A stretch of DNA of 63,058 nt, counting the filler, from Rhabdomonas costata (taxonomy: Eukaryota): NCBI GenBank assembly GCA_019059605.1. It is 52 parts of 52 records of this genome, joined end to end, with 100 filler letters (N's around TTAATTAATTAA, not from the genome) between each part and the next. Parts side by side here need not be neighbours in the genome. Positions count along the whole stretch, not along the records: positions 60,732 to 61,845 come from JAHMHO010027900.1; positions 61,946 to 63,058 come from JAHMHO010027901.1; 50 more parts are not named here. One strand, 5' to 3'. The notes under the pieces are model-generated. The model searched no databases and had not been told where the DNA came from. It was given only the letters and a program-made list of their open reading frames with translations. Positions 61,501 through 63,058 of this stretch are shown piece by piece (within the stretch, counting starts at the first letter, position 1; each line of letters begins with the position of its first letter). The translations under genes were made by a program, and so were the position numbers.

Positions 61501-61961
61501 TTGACCCCCCAACCCCCATCCCTTTTCCGAAGGGGTGGGGTTTGGAAACGCCACGTCCTCGCGCCCACCCAAATAAATCTCTCGGGAATTCGCACCCCGC
61601 AATGCCCAGCACGCCTCACCGTACCAGAAGGTGCTGGCCTCCTAAATCCAACTCAGCAAAAATATGTGCCGCGTGTGAAATAGCCAACAGGCTTACCGAT
61701 TCCTCTTGCTTCGACTGGGGAGGGATAATGAGGACGGAGCCCAGTGCCATTGTGGTCTGACGAATGCATCGCTTTGCAATGCGCTAGTTGAGGGAAACGA
61801 GGGTAACTCCTTCCTAAACTCCCTAAAACGGAATGAGAAGCCCCANNNNNNNNNNNNNNNNNNNNNNNNNNNNNNNNNNNNNNNNNNNNTTAATTAATTA
61901 ANNNNNNNNNNNNNNNNNNNNNNNNNNNNNNNNNNNNNNNNNNNNTGTTTTTTGTTTGCAG

Positions 61962-62870
61962 GGCTGGCGTCCTGCGTGGGGTTCTTTGGGGTGTACCTTC
62001 TGGGGATCGCCCTTGGGCAGCAGCTGTTTGCGTCCCGCCCGCCGTTTCGCAGCGATGGTGCGTGCAGTGGCAACATCATGCACTGCTATACCGGTGGTGG
62101 TTATGGGGTGGGACGGGTGGTGGGGTGTGCCCTGGCGAGCTGCACCGCGCTGTGGGCGGTTGTAACCATTTGGGTGCAGCCGCCATCGCGCCGGCTGTGC
62201 AACGCGGCGTACGGACTGTGGGTGGTGGCATGCAACCTGCTGTTTCTGTGGGGCTTCCTGGGGATCGAGGCTCTGGCGGGACAGGTCTGCTGAACATTTG
62301 GACGCGCTGTCGCATGGCTCTTCTATTTCTTCAACAAAGTTTCTCAGACAGAAAGAAGTATGTTGATGAAGGAGTCCCAGTAAGCCTAATTTTTTGTCTA
62401 AAGATGCATGAATTCCTTCGGAAAAGTCTTTTTTCTTGCCCTCGAGCTTGTCCAAGTTGGAACAAGATAGATTCCAGCACGCCAAAGTCTTTCAAAGAGG
62501 GCCGTCCGGGGTCAGTCAGAGTCCATCAGTGACGTGTTGGTCGGGAGGGTTTGCCACGCACACAGTGAAATATACAGAGATTCTGGGAGCGTGTCAGTAC
62601 GTGAAGGGGGGGGGGCGGTGTCGCTGGGTACTACTGGAGAAACTGCAGTTTTTTTTCTTCGCAAAACTTCAGCCACAGTGTGCCAAAAGAACAAGAACAC
62701 TCTGCTTGAGTTTCCAAAATGGGAAAAGGTGTGTTGTTCAGAGAGGGCACTCAGAGGGGATTTTGCGGTGTCCATTGGAACTGCAGGAGCCAGTGTCTGC
62801 GGTTGTACGCTCCGTCAGTGCCAACGCGATGGTGGTGTTCGTTGCCGCCAATCTGCTCACAGGTGCGCGG
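61962..62870 (+). CDS. PIGW: GPI inositol acyltransferase PIG-W/GWT1, exons 61962-62284 and 62787-~62870
   Basis: GLASCVGFFGVYLLG, PSRRLCNAAYGLWV, NAMVVFVAANLLTG are GWT1 motifs. Confidence 0.88.
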
Positions 62871-63058
62871 GTGAGTGTGTTTGCAGCTCTCCGTCATGTT
62901 TCCTGCCGTCCCTCATCGGGACGGAACCCGCACCGTTTAGTATAGCAAAGTTTTTGCTACTCGATTCCAGGCCCCAGCCCGCCTCTTGCAAAGACGCCAT
63001 TTTGTCTTGTTCATCTCCCTCTCCCTCCTGAGACCCTTATAAGTATAATGTGGACACA

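Noticed and set aside
1116-61945. Regularly spaced TTAATTAATTAA as a CRISPR-like or biological repeat; ORFs ending in X...LIN
   Set aside because: Embedded in N runs at fixed 100-nt size; it is an assembly linker.
155-62786. Euglenid-type non-conventional introns
   Set aside because: Every intron I could define is GT-AG with a pyrimidine tract and phase-consistent exons; no non-canonical junction was needed.

Overview
This window is not a continuous locus. It is about 52 unrelated contigs of 1113-1115 bp, apparently sorted by length and joined by artificial 100-nt spacers (N44-TTAATTAATTAA-N44, stops in all six frames), so gene neighbourhood across spacers means nothing. Most contigs start with G/T-only bases and end with A/C-only bases, and many carry fold-back inversions, which points to whole-genome/whole-transcriptome amplification. 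Most of the DNA is from a flagellated eukaryote with GC-rich exons and canonical GT-AG introns; a euglenozoan-like protist is my inference, not proven. Recognisable exon fragments: IFT144/WDR19, centrin, kinesin, poly(A) polymerase, Alba/Rpp25, ERp29, TM9SF, PIG-W, a mitochondrial carrier, a Cu-ATPase HMA domain, a DDT-domain protein, class III cyclases, ADC synthase, a PstS-domain protein, a GMC oxidoreductase, an R-S-E ADP-ribosyltransferase, and TPR, ankyrin and F-box/LRR proteins. The most unusual contig is 41306-42419. It is a 987-nt unit with an exact 127-nt terminal overlap (circular or tandem) and no primer-type ends. It shows self-complementarity around one axis with G-U pairs on the + strand, plus an alternative pseudoknot, making it a candidate viroid/obelisk-sized circular element with no recognisable ORF or canonical ribozyme. 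Also notable: an AT-rich giant-virus-like zinc-ribbon/endonuclease gene, a Ty3/gypsy fragment with integrase upstream of RT, and two phase-compatible exons of one CCAR1-like gene on opposite strands.
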